Shown: positions 25,807 to 37,649, counted from the first letter of the whole stretch. The stretch is DNA of 60,195 bases, filler included, from Globobulimina sp. (GCA_003354225.1; 8 parts of 8 records of this genome joined end to end with filler, not necessarily neighbours in it), one strand, 5' to 3'. The notes: a model not told the origin generated them from the letters alone. A program made the numbers and translations.

Positions 25807-26119
25807 AATTAATTAGATCGTACTAAACAAACATGAGGAAACATAATAACTATAACACTCAACCAAACACACAAAATAATAATATTATTACACAACAAAC
25901 ACAAACCAGCAACTCCGAAGTAAATATAAATAATCTTGAATGGAAACACAACATTTACAACACCAACTCCTGAAGTAGTCGCCCAGATTGAACTAAAAAT
26001 AGTAAAAACAGTAGTGGTGTTCATAATTTGCTAAAAATAGTAAACTGTAAACTGAAAACTCTCTCCATCAACAATTCAACAAACTCTTTCAAATTAGATT
26101 ACAAAAAAGAATTTGTCAG

Positions 26120-28550
26120 ATGATTTCTGAGGTAAATCCAAGATCAAATCAGAAATTCCTTGCAGTTATTGTTAGACTGTATTTTGATGATCCTGCTACC
26201 ATTGATGATCCTGCTACCAGAGTGCAGTTAAGTAATCAATGGGATACTTTGAATCGGAACATGCGTGGTTCAGTACAAAGAATGCAGCAAAATGGAAATA
26301 CGTGGAGTGATGAAAGAATATCACAAGAACAAACTGCACAAAATCTAGTGCGTTACAAACACAAGAAAATACAGTTTTCAGTGGAGTCATTGATACTATC
26401 GATGCGTTTGAAGATGATTTTATGATGAACGATCATCAGGTTCCAGATGTTACAAATAAGCCAACACAAACTGCTGACAATCAAATTCCAGATTTTATTC
26501 ACAGTCTTCTCCCGGTGCAATGGGCAGTTTATTGGATAGTTGCATTTTATCCAACCATCGTAGCAGGTCTTAGTTTTGATAATTTATATTTTTATGCAAC
26601 ATTAGGGTATTTTCTAAATTCAAGCTCTGCAGCAGAAATTTGCATGCAACAAAACTTTAGAGCAAGAACCAAATCAGGAAACCTTTACATATATATTATG
26701 CAATATAATAAATGTAGGCATAAACAATTGTCCAGAAATGGTATCAAAGATTGGTTACTCAATTATCATAACGGTAATGTGCATGGTCATTTACAAACAA
26801 GGTCAATGTGGTTGTTGGGCTGGATGGGTATTAAAATATGGAAATGTCATGCTGACCAATTAAATGTTTTTTGCATTGATTTTATATCACTGATTGAGAA
26901 ATATAAATATTTGGATAGTCTTAATGAATTTTGTGAATTTGTGAAAAAAAATATAATTCAGCATACAGGGAGAACAAATTTTTTAAAATGCTTTGAGAAT
27001 GCTCTTTCTGAGCCAACAGCCAAAAAAAATGGAATTTGTATATTGTCCAGTGATTATACAATGAAATCGGAGAATCACGACCATTCAAAATTAAGCGCTG
27101 CTGCCTTCAAACAAAAATATCATAAAGAGAACTGGGAATTTCATCTCAGAGAAAGTGATTTTAAAATGGATGATAAGGAGACATGGAATAAAACAATAAA
27201 TGCGTCTGGAAACAAACATATACAGATACTTTGAATGGACTGCGTGATCATTTATTAACAATTGTGGAATTAAACACTGGAATTTTCGCATTTTATTAAA
27301 TTAATTGGATTGGATTAAATTAGGATTTAATATGAATTTAATTAATTTAATATATTTCGACCTAATTTAATATTAATTTAATAATTTAATGGATTTAATA
27401 ATTTAATGCATATGGTATGGTAACATAGCAAGAGAATAATAATATCTATGGTGATAATAAATATTCACATCAAATTTTTTACCATTGGATTGATAATATG
27501 TTTTCAATCCCTTTGCTCCAACCTTTGTATGGATATTTTTGATTTATTTTACAATTATATATTGAATGGATACATATTGGCTCATTCAAAGTCAGTATTT
27601 GCTTATTCAATGAATAGGCAGTTTCACAAATTCTAACCTACAGTCATTACCAGTCATTACTATTCATATTCATTCGTTCCTATTCAAATCCATTCAATAT
27701 ATAATTGTAAAATAAATCAAAAAAATGCATTGGGTCTAATCACATTCTCCTTCCTTAGTTATTGGGTTAAATTATTAAATCTTGGTCTAAGATAGAATCC
27801 AGATTAAAATGTAGATTTAATTTTGGCGTGAATCTAATCAATCTATGCTAAATCAATGAATACCCAATCAATGCAGCTATGAATCATCCTGGATCTATCT
27901 GTATAGGATTCTTGTTGACTCTATATGATTCAAAGTAACATAGAATCTTTTCGATATGCCATGAATCAAGATTCAATACATTCAATGCATTGAATTTCAC
28001 ATTCAAAAAGATTCATATCAAATTCTCAGGAAACACATTAAATATACATTTTAATCAAATAATAATGAAAGCATTGGGTTAAATTATTAAATCTGCATTA
28101 TATTATTAAATCCATATTAAAGTATTAAATTAATTAAATTAATATTAAATCCTAATTTAATCTAATCCAATTAATTTAATACAACACCGGAATTTTATTG
28201 AAATTTAATTGTCTGGATATTCTTGGAAATAGAAGTTATCTTTATACTTCACACACTGATTATGGGATGGATAGAGCAGTAACTCAGTATAATGGGAAAA
28301 ATATAATAACAGGTATGCTCCATTTTTGGCAATGTTTCAATTGTTTTGCCAAGAAAAATATATGTATTTAACTATGCGTCGCAAAGAACATACTATACAT
28401 CAAAATATTGTCATTCCAGTTAAACAATATGAAATGTTGTTTGCTTATAACACATGTGCATCGAGTTTTGAACATGCGTTTACTTCTGAATGTGATTATG
28501 CGTCATTAATTTGGAGATTTGCAATTTTAATGGGTTTAATTAAAAAATAA
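26120..28550 (+). pseudogene. Frameshifted ORF of unknown family interrupted by a foldback insertion
   Basis: Consecutive ORFs 26120-26425 and 26422-27234. A further frame (VELNTGI) stops at the insertion and resumes after it (NTGILLKFNCLDILG). Confidence 0.5.
27287..28182. mobile_element. ~900-bp AT-rich foldback element with long terminal inverted repeats and an internal hairpin
   Basis: tattaaattaattggattggattaaattaggatttaatat (27294) is mirrored at 28120-28181. Internal inverted pair 27537-27571 / 27688-27722. Flanking direct repeat aacacYggaatttt. Confidence 0.78.
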
Positions 28551-29047
28551 TTTAACTTTTTCGAGTGGAGGATCTACGGTTAATTGTCCTCAAAGTGTTT
28601 TTATTTTTAATTACCCTTTATTTATATTTTGAATGTAAAGTGTCTTTTTTTCTTTTGTCTTTTTTCAAAATATGGGAATAGACGGACAGACAAAAAAATA
28701 TGTGAGAACTGAATGCTTGGAATAAGTGATAAAAGTAGTTTGATAGTGATAAGTGTCTGGTGTCTTTTTGTCTGTTTCAGACAGACACTTTCTATGGACC
28801 AAAGTGAGACACCTCTCGCAAATTGCTATGTGACACATCACACATTATGAGGATTGATCTTTGTAATGATGATATTCAGTACGTTGACATTGTGATTTTC
28901 AACTCTCAGAATTTGACTCAAAAAACTGTTTGCGAATAAAATCGGTACGTACAACATTGATGTACAACTATGTACAAATACCGAATAAACATAAAATCCC
29001 TCACCCTGCATCTCCTAACAGCAAAAACATAAGAAAATGCATTCACA

Positions 29048-30115
29048 TCAAACAAAATATTTCTTTTCAATTGCTTTGATGTCATATAATTGTAACCCAT
29101 GTCTCGTTTTTATTCCATAGGTTCTGCACAAATTAATCTTTTCCACATTTGCGGTATTTCCATCATTATCTATGTATAAAACAGAGTCATTTACACACCC
29201 ACAATTTGCAATTATTTTTAGCAATATCTCAGTCAATGAATATTTATGATTTGTTTCTCTCCTCAATAATAAATGATTGATTCCAATAATTCTATCTGAA
29301 ATAACTGCATCATCACTCACAAAATACTTCAATAAGCCCACACTCTGTAAAAGAATCCTAATCAAATCACACGGCTTCCTTGAAATTAAAAAACATTTAA
29401 CATTTAATGCAACCACACTGTCCAAATGATCCTTTATTAATTTTACTTTGTTCCTACCGCCAAACGCAGCGATTATCTGTTGATAATCATCCATATCCAT
29501 CATTAAATGGATACTATTTTGCGGACTCAAGAATGCATTCTCTAAATTATATATAACAACAGCAACTTCATCATTTACTGACTGCACTTTCTGCAAACTA
29601 TTCCCAGCTAATTCCAACAACGTTGATGTTGTTAAACTTCGTCTACATTCCAAGTTTGGTGAATTTTGTGCCTCTGCTATTTCAGTCCTTAGTGTTTCTT
29701 CATCATTTTGTTTCGAAGTATTAACCACAACTTGCAATGGATTGCCATTGATATCAATCATTTCATTCTTTAAATGTTTTTCCGATGGACCTTTGCGATG
29801 TAATAATGGACAACAAATATACATAAATGAATTTGGAGCAATAGCACAACAGCAATCTGATTGTTTGTATGTCGACATTATCAAAACTAAATCAACGGTG
29901 AAATCAAATCCAAAATGGCCAAGGTAACTAAATACAGTCGGCCACGGTGATACATTCAGCGGCAAAGTTGCAGTGAAATTTGTGTTTAATAAATGAATTA
30001 CTAAATGATAGACTGTGTAAATACACGACGCACACAAAAAAATGACAGCTATGATCATTGACCGTTGCACTCTTTGCAACTTTTTCAGAGATATTGCATC
30101 AGATTGCTCACTGGA
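29048..30115 (-). CDS. 3' fragment: last TM helices of a multi-pass receptor-like protein followed by a HAD-like domain
   Basis: Two TM helices, a Cys cluster (DCCCA), a linker, then AFGGRNKVKLIK...CFLISR...VLYIDND. Confidence 0.5.
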   Translation of the reverse strand, partial: SSEQSDAISLKKLQRVQRSMIIAVIFLCASCIYTVYHLVIHLLNTNFTATLPLNVSPWPTVFSYLGHFGFDFTVDLVLIMSTYKQSDCCCAIAPNSFMYICCPLLHRKGPSEKHLKNEMIDINGNPLQVVVNTSKQNDEETLRTEIAEAQNSPNLECRRSLTTSTLLELAGNSLQKVQSVNDEVAVVIYNLENAFLSPQNSIHLMMDMDDYQQIIAAFGGRNKVKLIKDHLDSVVALNVKCFLISRKPCDLIRILLQSVGLLKYFVSDDAVISDRIIGINHLLLRRETNHKYSLTEILLKIIANCGCVNDSVLYIDNDGNTANVEKINLCRTYGIKTRHGLQLYDIKAIEKKYFV

Positions 30116-30215
30116 NNNNNNNNNNNNNNNNNNNNNNNNNNNNNNNNNNNNNNNNNNNNTTAATTAATTAANNNNNNNNNNNNNNNNNNNNNNNNNNNNN
30201 NNNNNNNNNNNNNNN
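30116..30215. other. Artificial contig linker
   Basis: 44 N + TTAATTAATTAA + 44 N. Confidence 0.98.
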
Positions 30216-30258
30216 GTTCTGGATTCACTGACATTGAAATCATTGACAGAGCAAAAGT
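30216..30258 (+). repeat. 43-bp exact copy of 33962-34004 (inside the Uba3-like gene)
   Basis: gttctggattcactgacattgaaatcattgacagagcaaaagt occurs at both positions. Confidence 0.9.
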
Positions 30259-30550
30259 TCTGCATTTGTTGCATTTGTTCTGCCTCGGAGGCCATTATTG
30301 TGCTTTGCTTTGCAGACAGAGGAGTTGGGCTATCGCTAAACTCTTATGTGTTATATCTGATATGGATGCAACGAAATATAATATATGTATTTCAGCAGCA
30401 ATGGTTCGTTCTGGTTGCTTAAGCTAAAAAAACAACTTAATTTAAACAAAAACCATTTTTTAATAAGTTAACTCACAACAATTACGAATTATTTACGGAA
30501 TAACCTGCGTCGTTCACAACCGTGCGTTTTGAAAAGAAATAACCTGCGTC

Positions 30551-33500
30551 ATGCTTGCTGCGTTAATAGGTATAAAATATCTGCACCATAATAGCAAATG
30601 CTATAATAACCACTATTTCTATCTAGTATATTGTTGTGTGATTATATATGTGTCGCACAGCACATTCCTGCGAGTGAACGATCTGAAAGCAATGACCACG
30701 AAAGAAAGGCATGAAATATTCACTCCGCCCGTATTAAAAGGTAATCCAAAGCATACATCGCATGATATTCATATTGTAGATCAATTTGGAAAATTTATGC
30801 AACTTTCATATGAAGCAACGCATCCTGATTTTGTTGAAATTGTAAAATTGGATGATCCTACAATTCAGAATGCAATTAAATCGGTGCAGTGTAAACACGA
30901 CGCTCACAATACATTGATAGTTAATTTTAGATCGCAATCAGTTGCAAAATATCATTATTATGAAATACATTCCACACTGTCAGATCCAACAAAAGTTTTG
31001 TGAATTAACTATATATATTTAGACAATCTCCTTTGTTCCGCCATATTTTCAAAGCATTTACGTAAATATACATCAGACACATTACGTTTTAGGCAGTCAT
31101 GCATGGCGCTGTTCAGATGCTCAAACTAGATTTGATTCCATTGTCCGTGAAATTATACAAATTTCACGGAATGACACCTATATCATAATGCAAACAAAAT
31201 ATGCCTCCTTATTCAACATATTCCAAGATTTAACAGTTTCCTTTGAGACCAATGTTGGATTAAATAAGCACAAATTATCCGACCGTACTAAACCAGAGGA
31301 AGACAGAAGAAGATTAGGTCTCTGGTCCTCCATAAAAAGTGTTGGAAATGCAATAATTAACGGTATAAATGAAGCAATTGAGATTGCAAAAGATATCTTT
31401 GAAGAAGTTGCTGATGTTGCTGGCACAATTGGTGCATATATTGCTGGTGAACCTGTTGATTTTAATGGAAGTATAAGCAAAATGTGGCAATGGAATTATG
31501 CTAATTCTACAAAAGGTGCAGAAAAAACATTTGATATTCAGACTGGCTTAAAATGTACAAACTGTTATAGTTATATTGATGCAACATTCAAATATAAGAT
31601 TCACATTGACAATCATGTCTTGGAGTATCTATTATTATTACTTGACGGCAGAGCTGAATTTAATTTAGAAATTTCCGTACAAAAACACAGTGAATATTTG
31701 TGGACTCATGATACTGAAAAACTTTATCTTCCAAGTTTATCATTTTCTGTCGCAGGCTTTAGTTTCGGCGTTTATTTGTCCGGATCCATTGGTATTGGTA
31801 TAAGTATCGATGTGGATGCTACTGTATTTGCAACAAACGTGATTGGTCATATAAGCAAAGGGGTTGAATATAATAAAAGTATAGGAAAACAACATTATAT
31901 CAATATCCATGATTTCCATTATGATAAACAAGGGCCAAAAGTGGAATTAAAGGCAGCTTCTATCACAGCATATTTACGCCCAACCATGGAAATCGGAGTA
32001 ACCTATGTTGGAAAAGTGTATTTTTTTCTTGAACCGTCCATTACATTTACGTTCAGGCAAAGTGCAGAAGAATACTGTCCCTTTCATTATGTACCATCGG
32101 TTAAGTTAACAGCAGGATTAGGCGCAACAATGGAGCTGTTTGAGTGGAGAAAGGAATTGAATTTATTAACAAAAGAAAGCACATTGGATAATTTAGCGGG
32201 GTGTATTACAAGAGGGCAAATCACGAAAACACAAACATCAAAATCCCAAGTTACCTATGATAATAATAATAATTTTACAAGTTATCCAACTTCAACACAA
32301 AGTAATCATTTTGGCGATAAAAGCAATGCTAAAACATATGTGGATTATTCACGAGTTCAGCTTTCAGATTATTCAGATTCGTTATGGGGGAAAGCTAGCA
32401 CCGAATGGTGGGGAAATTTAAGGTATGTCTAGGAAGTAGGAACAGCAACAAAATGTTGTTTTCATTTCATTTGCTTTACTACCACTGTGCCACAGTACTG
32501 TTGTCGAAATATGCAATGATTGGGATCTAATATGTGGTGGATATCGGATTCCATATATTAATTTACGACCAAATGTTGCAAGATTATTGGTCTCCGTTCA
32601 AAATGATACTCATTTAATTGCTATTTATCATACAATGATGGAAATTGATGTCGAATCCATTCATTCCATTGCAACAAATGTAAGTTGTATATCCAGACAT
32701 ATATTGGCAGCCAAATTGTATGACGATGATTTACCATCATATGATGTAACTTTATTGGAATCGAATTGCGATACAAATTTGTCATCTATCGGTATTGATG
32801 AAACACAGAATCCTGGATTTTATGCAGCGTGGCAATGTACCATCAGTTTACCGTCGGTTATGAGTGCTATTTCGTTGGATAATTCATTTCCAAACATAAT
32901 GTTATTTGATGACCAAACGTGGTGTCACGTATTTGCATTATCAACCAAACCTAAATATGAATTAAATAGAACAAAAATTGAATTTATAAATTGGGAAACG
33001 TTTCAATATCCAACTTCTTTGTTTTATGGAATGCTCAGTTGTGGTAATTATGATGCAAATGAACCTCCGTTTTCGCTTTATTTTCTTTCATTCAATCATT
33101 CAGACGGCACAGTGGAAGCTGTCATGTTTGATTATAATTATACGTATTCTTTGTATTTAATTGGAACTGTAGATTTGCAAAATATGACAATGAGCTTATC
33201 AGTGTTGTATTGGTTTGAAGAAGAATTGTTTTTTCCGCCAGATTATCTCACTTTGGTTGGAAATTTATATTTTCTGTATGATGGGACAATTATGTTTGGC
33301 GGATCTGTTGAACAACACAATTGCACTGGTTTCCTATTTCAAGGATATATAAACATGACTCAGTTCGATGATATTGAAGAAAATATTGATATCGTTGTAG
33401 CAAATGAAACAAAAACGGATGAAGCAAGTAACCCATTCAAGTGCAATGAATTCGAATTGTTGAATACGGGAACTGCCGTGGGATTTGTGGGTGGATTTGT

Positions 33501-33642
33501 AACCGCTGCCATAATTATGGGATGTATTGGACTTGTAATCCAGAGACGTAACAAAACCAAAAAAGTGTACAAATCGCATGTTCAATTAATGGGTATGGAT
33601 ATGGGGACCGCATCAACCGCTACAAATGCCGAAACTAGCTGA
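30551..33642 (+). CDS. Large multi-exon type I membrane glycoprotein of unknown function
   Basis: Three ORFs join in frame through introns 30995-31076 and 32423-32495. A 57-nt intron at 30570-30626 would give a clean signal peptide. Beta-rich ectodomain, many N-glycosylation sequons, C-terminal TM helix. Confidence 0.75.
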
Positions 33643-33747
33643 CAAATAATTATAATATATTGTCTTGTTTAATATTTGTTTAAGATAAGGGTATAGGGAA
33701 CCAAATCCATAAAGATTGACGTTTTCATCCTTGACCTAAATAGTGAA

Positions 33748-35241
33748 ATGAAAATGACACAAAAATATACAATAAATGAGCATGATACATTAAAATTTCA
33801 ATCAATTCTAAACGTGTTATCCAGAACATCTAGAAATCGTTCATTTACTCCAAATGCATTTGATTGTGATGAAGATAATTTATCAATGTTACAGAATAAC
33901 TTTCGACTGTTAGTGGTTGGAGCTGGTAAATTAGGCATTGCCATTGCAATAAATCTGGTGTGTTCTGGATTCACTGACATTGAAATCATTGACAGAGCAA
34001 AAGTGACAAGATATCAAGCATCCAGACCACATTTACTATTTCGCAAACAACACATTGGCTCTTCAAAAGCTCAAATCACAGCACAAGAAATAATGAGCAA
34101 ATATCCAAAAGTGACTGTCACAGCGCATCAAAAAGATATAAATGTTGAAAACTCTGCATTTTACACAAAATTTGATTTTATTATTGTTGCTTTAAAATCA
34201 TTGAAAACGAAAGCATTGTTTAACAAAACAATAAATGGTTTGGTACATTATGACTGGGATAACGATAAAAGGCAACATATTGCAAACAATGACTGCATCA
34301 TTCCATGGATTGACGCATATTCATATAATACGTGGCATGGCGATATTTCCATATTCGTCCCCACTGTGACTGCGTGCTTTGATTGCAACCTCGCAGAAAG
34401 AATGGATATAATGCAATGCAAAATGAATAAATCCGGAAACATTGAATACAAAGATGATAAATGTAGAGATTGCGTATCTGACAGTATGTATATATTCGAA
34501 TTCCGGCGGCAGTCAAATTGGTCTACATTTCAGTATAAATGGTACGATAAAGAATACATTACAGCTTTGTTTGATATTTGCGCAAAGCAAAGAGAAGCAC
34601 AGTCATTGCGTCCAATTGCAAAGAATATTATACAACGAATACTTCGTTCGGAACAGGAAGACTGTGCTTGTGATATATCGATAACTTTATCGTGTACTAA
34701 CTCTATCATTGCGGGCATTGTTTGTAATGAGATATTTAAATTGATTACGTGGAGCTCTTTGGGGGTTAATAATAGTTTCAGATACAATGGATATGATGTT
34801 AGCAAATGTAAAAGAACTAAGAATAAAAGCAAAGCATATTGCAGTGTATGTGGAACGGAGAGGATTTATTGTTTGAAAGCAGATTGTTCGACGTTTGGGA
34901 GTTTATTTGAGAAATTGCAGAAACAAATGGGTGGCAGATGTATTGTATCGATTACTCGTCACAATGCACGCTATACTTTGTATCATCGGAATGAGTTTGT
35001 GGTGCGACAATATCGGGAGAATGTTGATAAAAAAGTGTTTCATTTGATGGAAAATGGCGCAGTTTTAACATTGTTATATACGGGGCGATTAGTTAAAGAA
35101 ATTAAGGTAGATTGGACAGAGTATATTGTTGTCGGTTGGTTTAGAATTGTTATTGAGCCACAATACAATCATTTGCAATGTCCGCATGCAATTCAATTGT
35201 TGATTGGGAAATATGTAGAAAGTGACTCTCACTCTGAGTAA
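33748..35241 (+). CDS. Divergent ThiF/E1-family protein, Uba3-like
   Basis: LLVVGAGKLG...SGFTDIEIID, HLLFRKQHIGSSKAQ, IPWID, TACFDC, TNSIIAGIVCNEIFKL and CSVCG. Confidence 0.8.
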   Translation: MKMTQKYTINEHDTLKFQSILNVLSRTSRNRSFTPNAFDCDEDNLSMLQNNFRLLVVGAGKLGIAIAINLVCSGFTDIEIIDRAKVTRYQASRPHLLFRKQHIGSSKAQITAQEIMSKYPKVTVTAHQKDINVENSAFYTKFDFIIVALKSLKTKALFNKTINGLVHYDWDNDKRQHIANNDCIIPWIDAYSYNTWHGDISIFVPTVTACFDCNLAERMDIMQCKMNKSGNIEYKDDKCRDCVSDSMYIFEFRRQSNWSTFQYKWYDKEYITALFDICAKQREAQSLRPIAKNIIQRILRSEQEDCACDISITLSCTNSIIAGIVCNEIFKLITWSSLGVNNSFRYNGYDVSKCKRTKNKSKAYCSVCGTERIYCLKADCSTFGSLFEKLQKQMGGRCIVSITRHNARYTLYHRNEFVVRQYRENVDKKVFHLMENGAVLTLLYTGRLVKEIKVDWTEYIVVGWFRIVIEPQYNHLQCPHAIQLLIGKYVESDSHSE

Positions 35242-35245
35242 AACC

Positions 35246-36262
35246 ATGAAATCTAAAAAAGTACTTTTCGTATTTTTGATCATTGGAGTTGGTTTTTTTT
35301 TATTCATTTCTTTATACCTTTTCGGAACTGATGTATATCCGAATGCAGATATTGACTTCTTGCAAATTACTAGTGACAGTGCGTCGAATCCAATACAAAT
35401 TGAGAAAGAAAACAAAAAGTTACAGTTAATTCGACAAAATGGATGCGACAATAAATCATTAGAAAGGGAGAACTGCATTTGCGACTATGTCAATCTGAAA
35501 GGACTGCAAAAGAGCGGCACTTCATGGATGATTGCATCGTTGCATCAAATTCAAGGATATTTTTGTGAGAAACAGTTAGACATAGAAATATGTACAAAAC
35601 CATGGCATTTAGGTTCATACAATCGACATGATCTGGTGTTGCCGCACGAAATTGATAATGATCGCTTATTGCACCATTTTAAGAATAAAAATGAATTTTT
35701 GAATGAATTAAAATATAAAAGATTTTGTTCAATCACAGCTTTTCGAGATGTGAGAGATAGAAAGGTTTCCTGGTCATATTGGAATATAAAACAGAATAAA
35801 ACCATAATGAATGACACAAAGTTATTATATGAGCACATCAACAAAATGACAGTACGTCGATATAAGCAAAGCGTTGAACAATACAATAAATATTGGAATG
35901 TATTCAGAAATGCTGAATTGAGGGAACCAATGAAATTTTATAATTATTTTTATGATGATATGGTATTGGACACATTTGATGGAATTAAAAATATTTTATC
36001 ATTTATTGGCTTTTATAGTTTGCAGGAAATTGTTGTGACAGATAACGACATTGAAAATATTTTAAAAAAGATTACAAGTGATGCTTTGATAGAGTACGGT
36101 GCAAATATATTGTATAGAAAAGGGAAAATATGTGGATTTCATTCTGAATTAACTGCTGAAAACGCAAACATTATCAATACTCAAACTGCATATTATTTGA
36201 ACCAGGAATTGATCCAAAAGTTCAACAAAACATGCTTCATTCCTTCTGGCTCGGTCTCTTAA
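35246..36262 (+). CDS. Golgi-type membrane-anchored sulfotransferase
   Basis: N-terminal TM anchor; PAPS-binding motifs GLQKSGTSWM, FRDVRDRKVSW and RKG. Confidence 0.8.
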   Translation: MKSKKVLFVFLIIGVGFFLFISLYLFGTDVYPNADIDFLQITSDSASNPIQIEKENKKLQLIRQNGCDNKSLERENCICDYVNLKGLQKSGTSWMIASLHQIQGYFCEKQLDIEICTKPWHLGSYNRHDLVLPHEIDNDRLLHHFKNKNEFLNELKYKRFCSITAFRDVRDRKVSWSYWNIKQNKTIMNDTKLLYEHINKMTVRRYKQSVEQYNKYWNVFRNAELREPMKFYNYFYDDMVLDTFDGIKNILSFIGFYSLQEIVVTDNDIENILKKITSDALIEYGANILYRKGKICGFHSELTAENANIINTQTAYYLNQELIQKFNKTCFIPSGSVS

Positions 36263-36346
36263 TATTGAAACATAATGAAAATAATAATAATAATATAAAG
36301 CTTTTTGAAGTACATTTACTACTGATAATACTTGAGTTTTTGGATC

Positions 36347-37483
36347 ATGGGTAAATTGTTTCGGAATAAGAACAAGTTGGTATTGAAAATGTTATTAATC
36401 CAAATCACTGTGTTTGCAATAATCAGCATTGTCTCATTCTCAAATCCATATTGGATACACGTCGAAGACATTAATGATATAAAATTAGTATCTTCTGTGC
36501 AAGTTCCATCAATGAGAGATGCAAATTGTTCGACTGAATGGCGCAAACAACACCAAATTGAAATAGATAATCACACCTTCTTCAATTTGTTACACCCTTT
36601 ACTTTATAAATATGCTTGGAACAAAACACCAAAAGGAACCTTCACGTATTGGTTAAGCCACATTTATTTCAAAAACAGAGTGACGGATAAAGCGTATTTT
36701 GCAGATAAATATTTAATGAAACAATATATCTACGATTACAAACAAGAATATCCACAGTTTTCATTCCTTAATTCAGCTCAAATAATATATGATTTATCAC
36801 CAACAGGAACGTTAAGAAGAGCCAGCAATTTGTCATTGATGCGGCTGCAACAACAATATGGCGGATTTCTGGTGAAACCAAATCATTTTTCAGGTAAACA
36901 AATTATTGTTGCTGCAACTGATTCCATTTCGGAGATGTTAATTGAAAATATTACGCGTGAAACACGTTGGTGGTTTAACCATAAATATAGGATAAAATCA
37001 AACAAAGTAAACAGAGAGCCGTGGTATTCATTGATTGAGCCACACATATTTATAGAAGAAAAGTTAAATAATTTGACGGAATATAAAATTCATGTTTTCA
37101 ATTATCATGCTCTATTTTTGTATAACTATGAAAAAGGAGTTTCCAATGCATTTAATGTGTATGTGTTGCCGCAGTTTATTCTATCAAATGTGACCTGGGC
37201 GCGAGTCGCAGTGAGTTTGTCCGATGATAAACGACTCAAAAGACCGTCAAAAAAGAATGTAAAAGGAATGGTTGAATTTGCGGAACATTTTGCGAGGAGA
37301 GAACAAATTAAATATGTCCGCGTGGATTTGTATGTGGTCGGAGATAAGGTTTATTTCTCAGAGTTTACATTTGCGCCTATTTCAGGCACTGCTGTCATAT
37401 TACCGCTATCCTTTGATTATTTGTTGTATGACATATTATGCGATGATTCTCATTATCACGACATATATGATTATATATTGTAA
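36347..37483 (+). CDS. TupA-like ATP-grasp amide ligase with N-terminal membrane anchor
   Basis: Motifs ADKYLMKQYI, FLVKPNHFSG, EPWYSLIEPHIFIEEKL, EYKIHVFN, YVRVDLY and YFSEFTFAP.SG. Confidence 0.82.
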   Translation: MGKLFRNKNKLVLKMLLIQITVFAIISIVSFSNPYWIHVEDINDIKLVSSVQVPSMRDANCSTEWRKQHQIEIDNHTFFNLLHPLLYKYAWNKTPKGTFTYWLSHIYFKNRVTDKAYFADKYLMKQYIYDYKQEYPQFSFLNSAQIIYDLSPTGTLRRASNLSLMRLQQQYGGFLVKPNHFSGKQIIVAATDSISEMLIENITRETRWWFNHKYRIKSNKVNREPWYSLIEPHIFIEEKLNNLTEYKIHVFNYHALFLYNYEKGVSNAFNVYVLPQFILSNVTWARVAVSLSDDKRLKRPSKKNVKGMVEFAEHFARREQIKYVRVDLYVVGDKVYFSEFTFAPISGTAVILPLSFDYLLYDILCDDSHYHDIYDYIL

Positions 37484-37649
37484 ATTGTCAAATTGTTTGC
37501 ATTTTTCATATTGCTTTCATTTATATGTTACTTTTTAATTACTTTAGAATTTACTTTTGAAATTGTATACATTATCCTTGCACTGCATGTAAATCCCCAT
37601 AGTATTTCAAATTTAGTAGTCAATAATAGCAGAAAAAAAATAAATTAAG

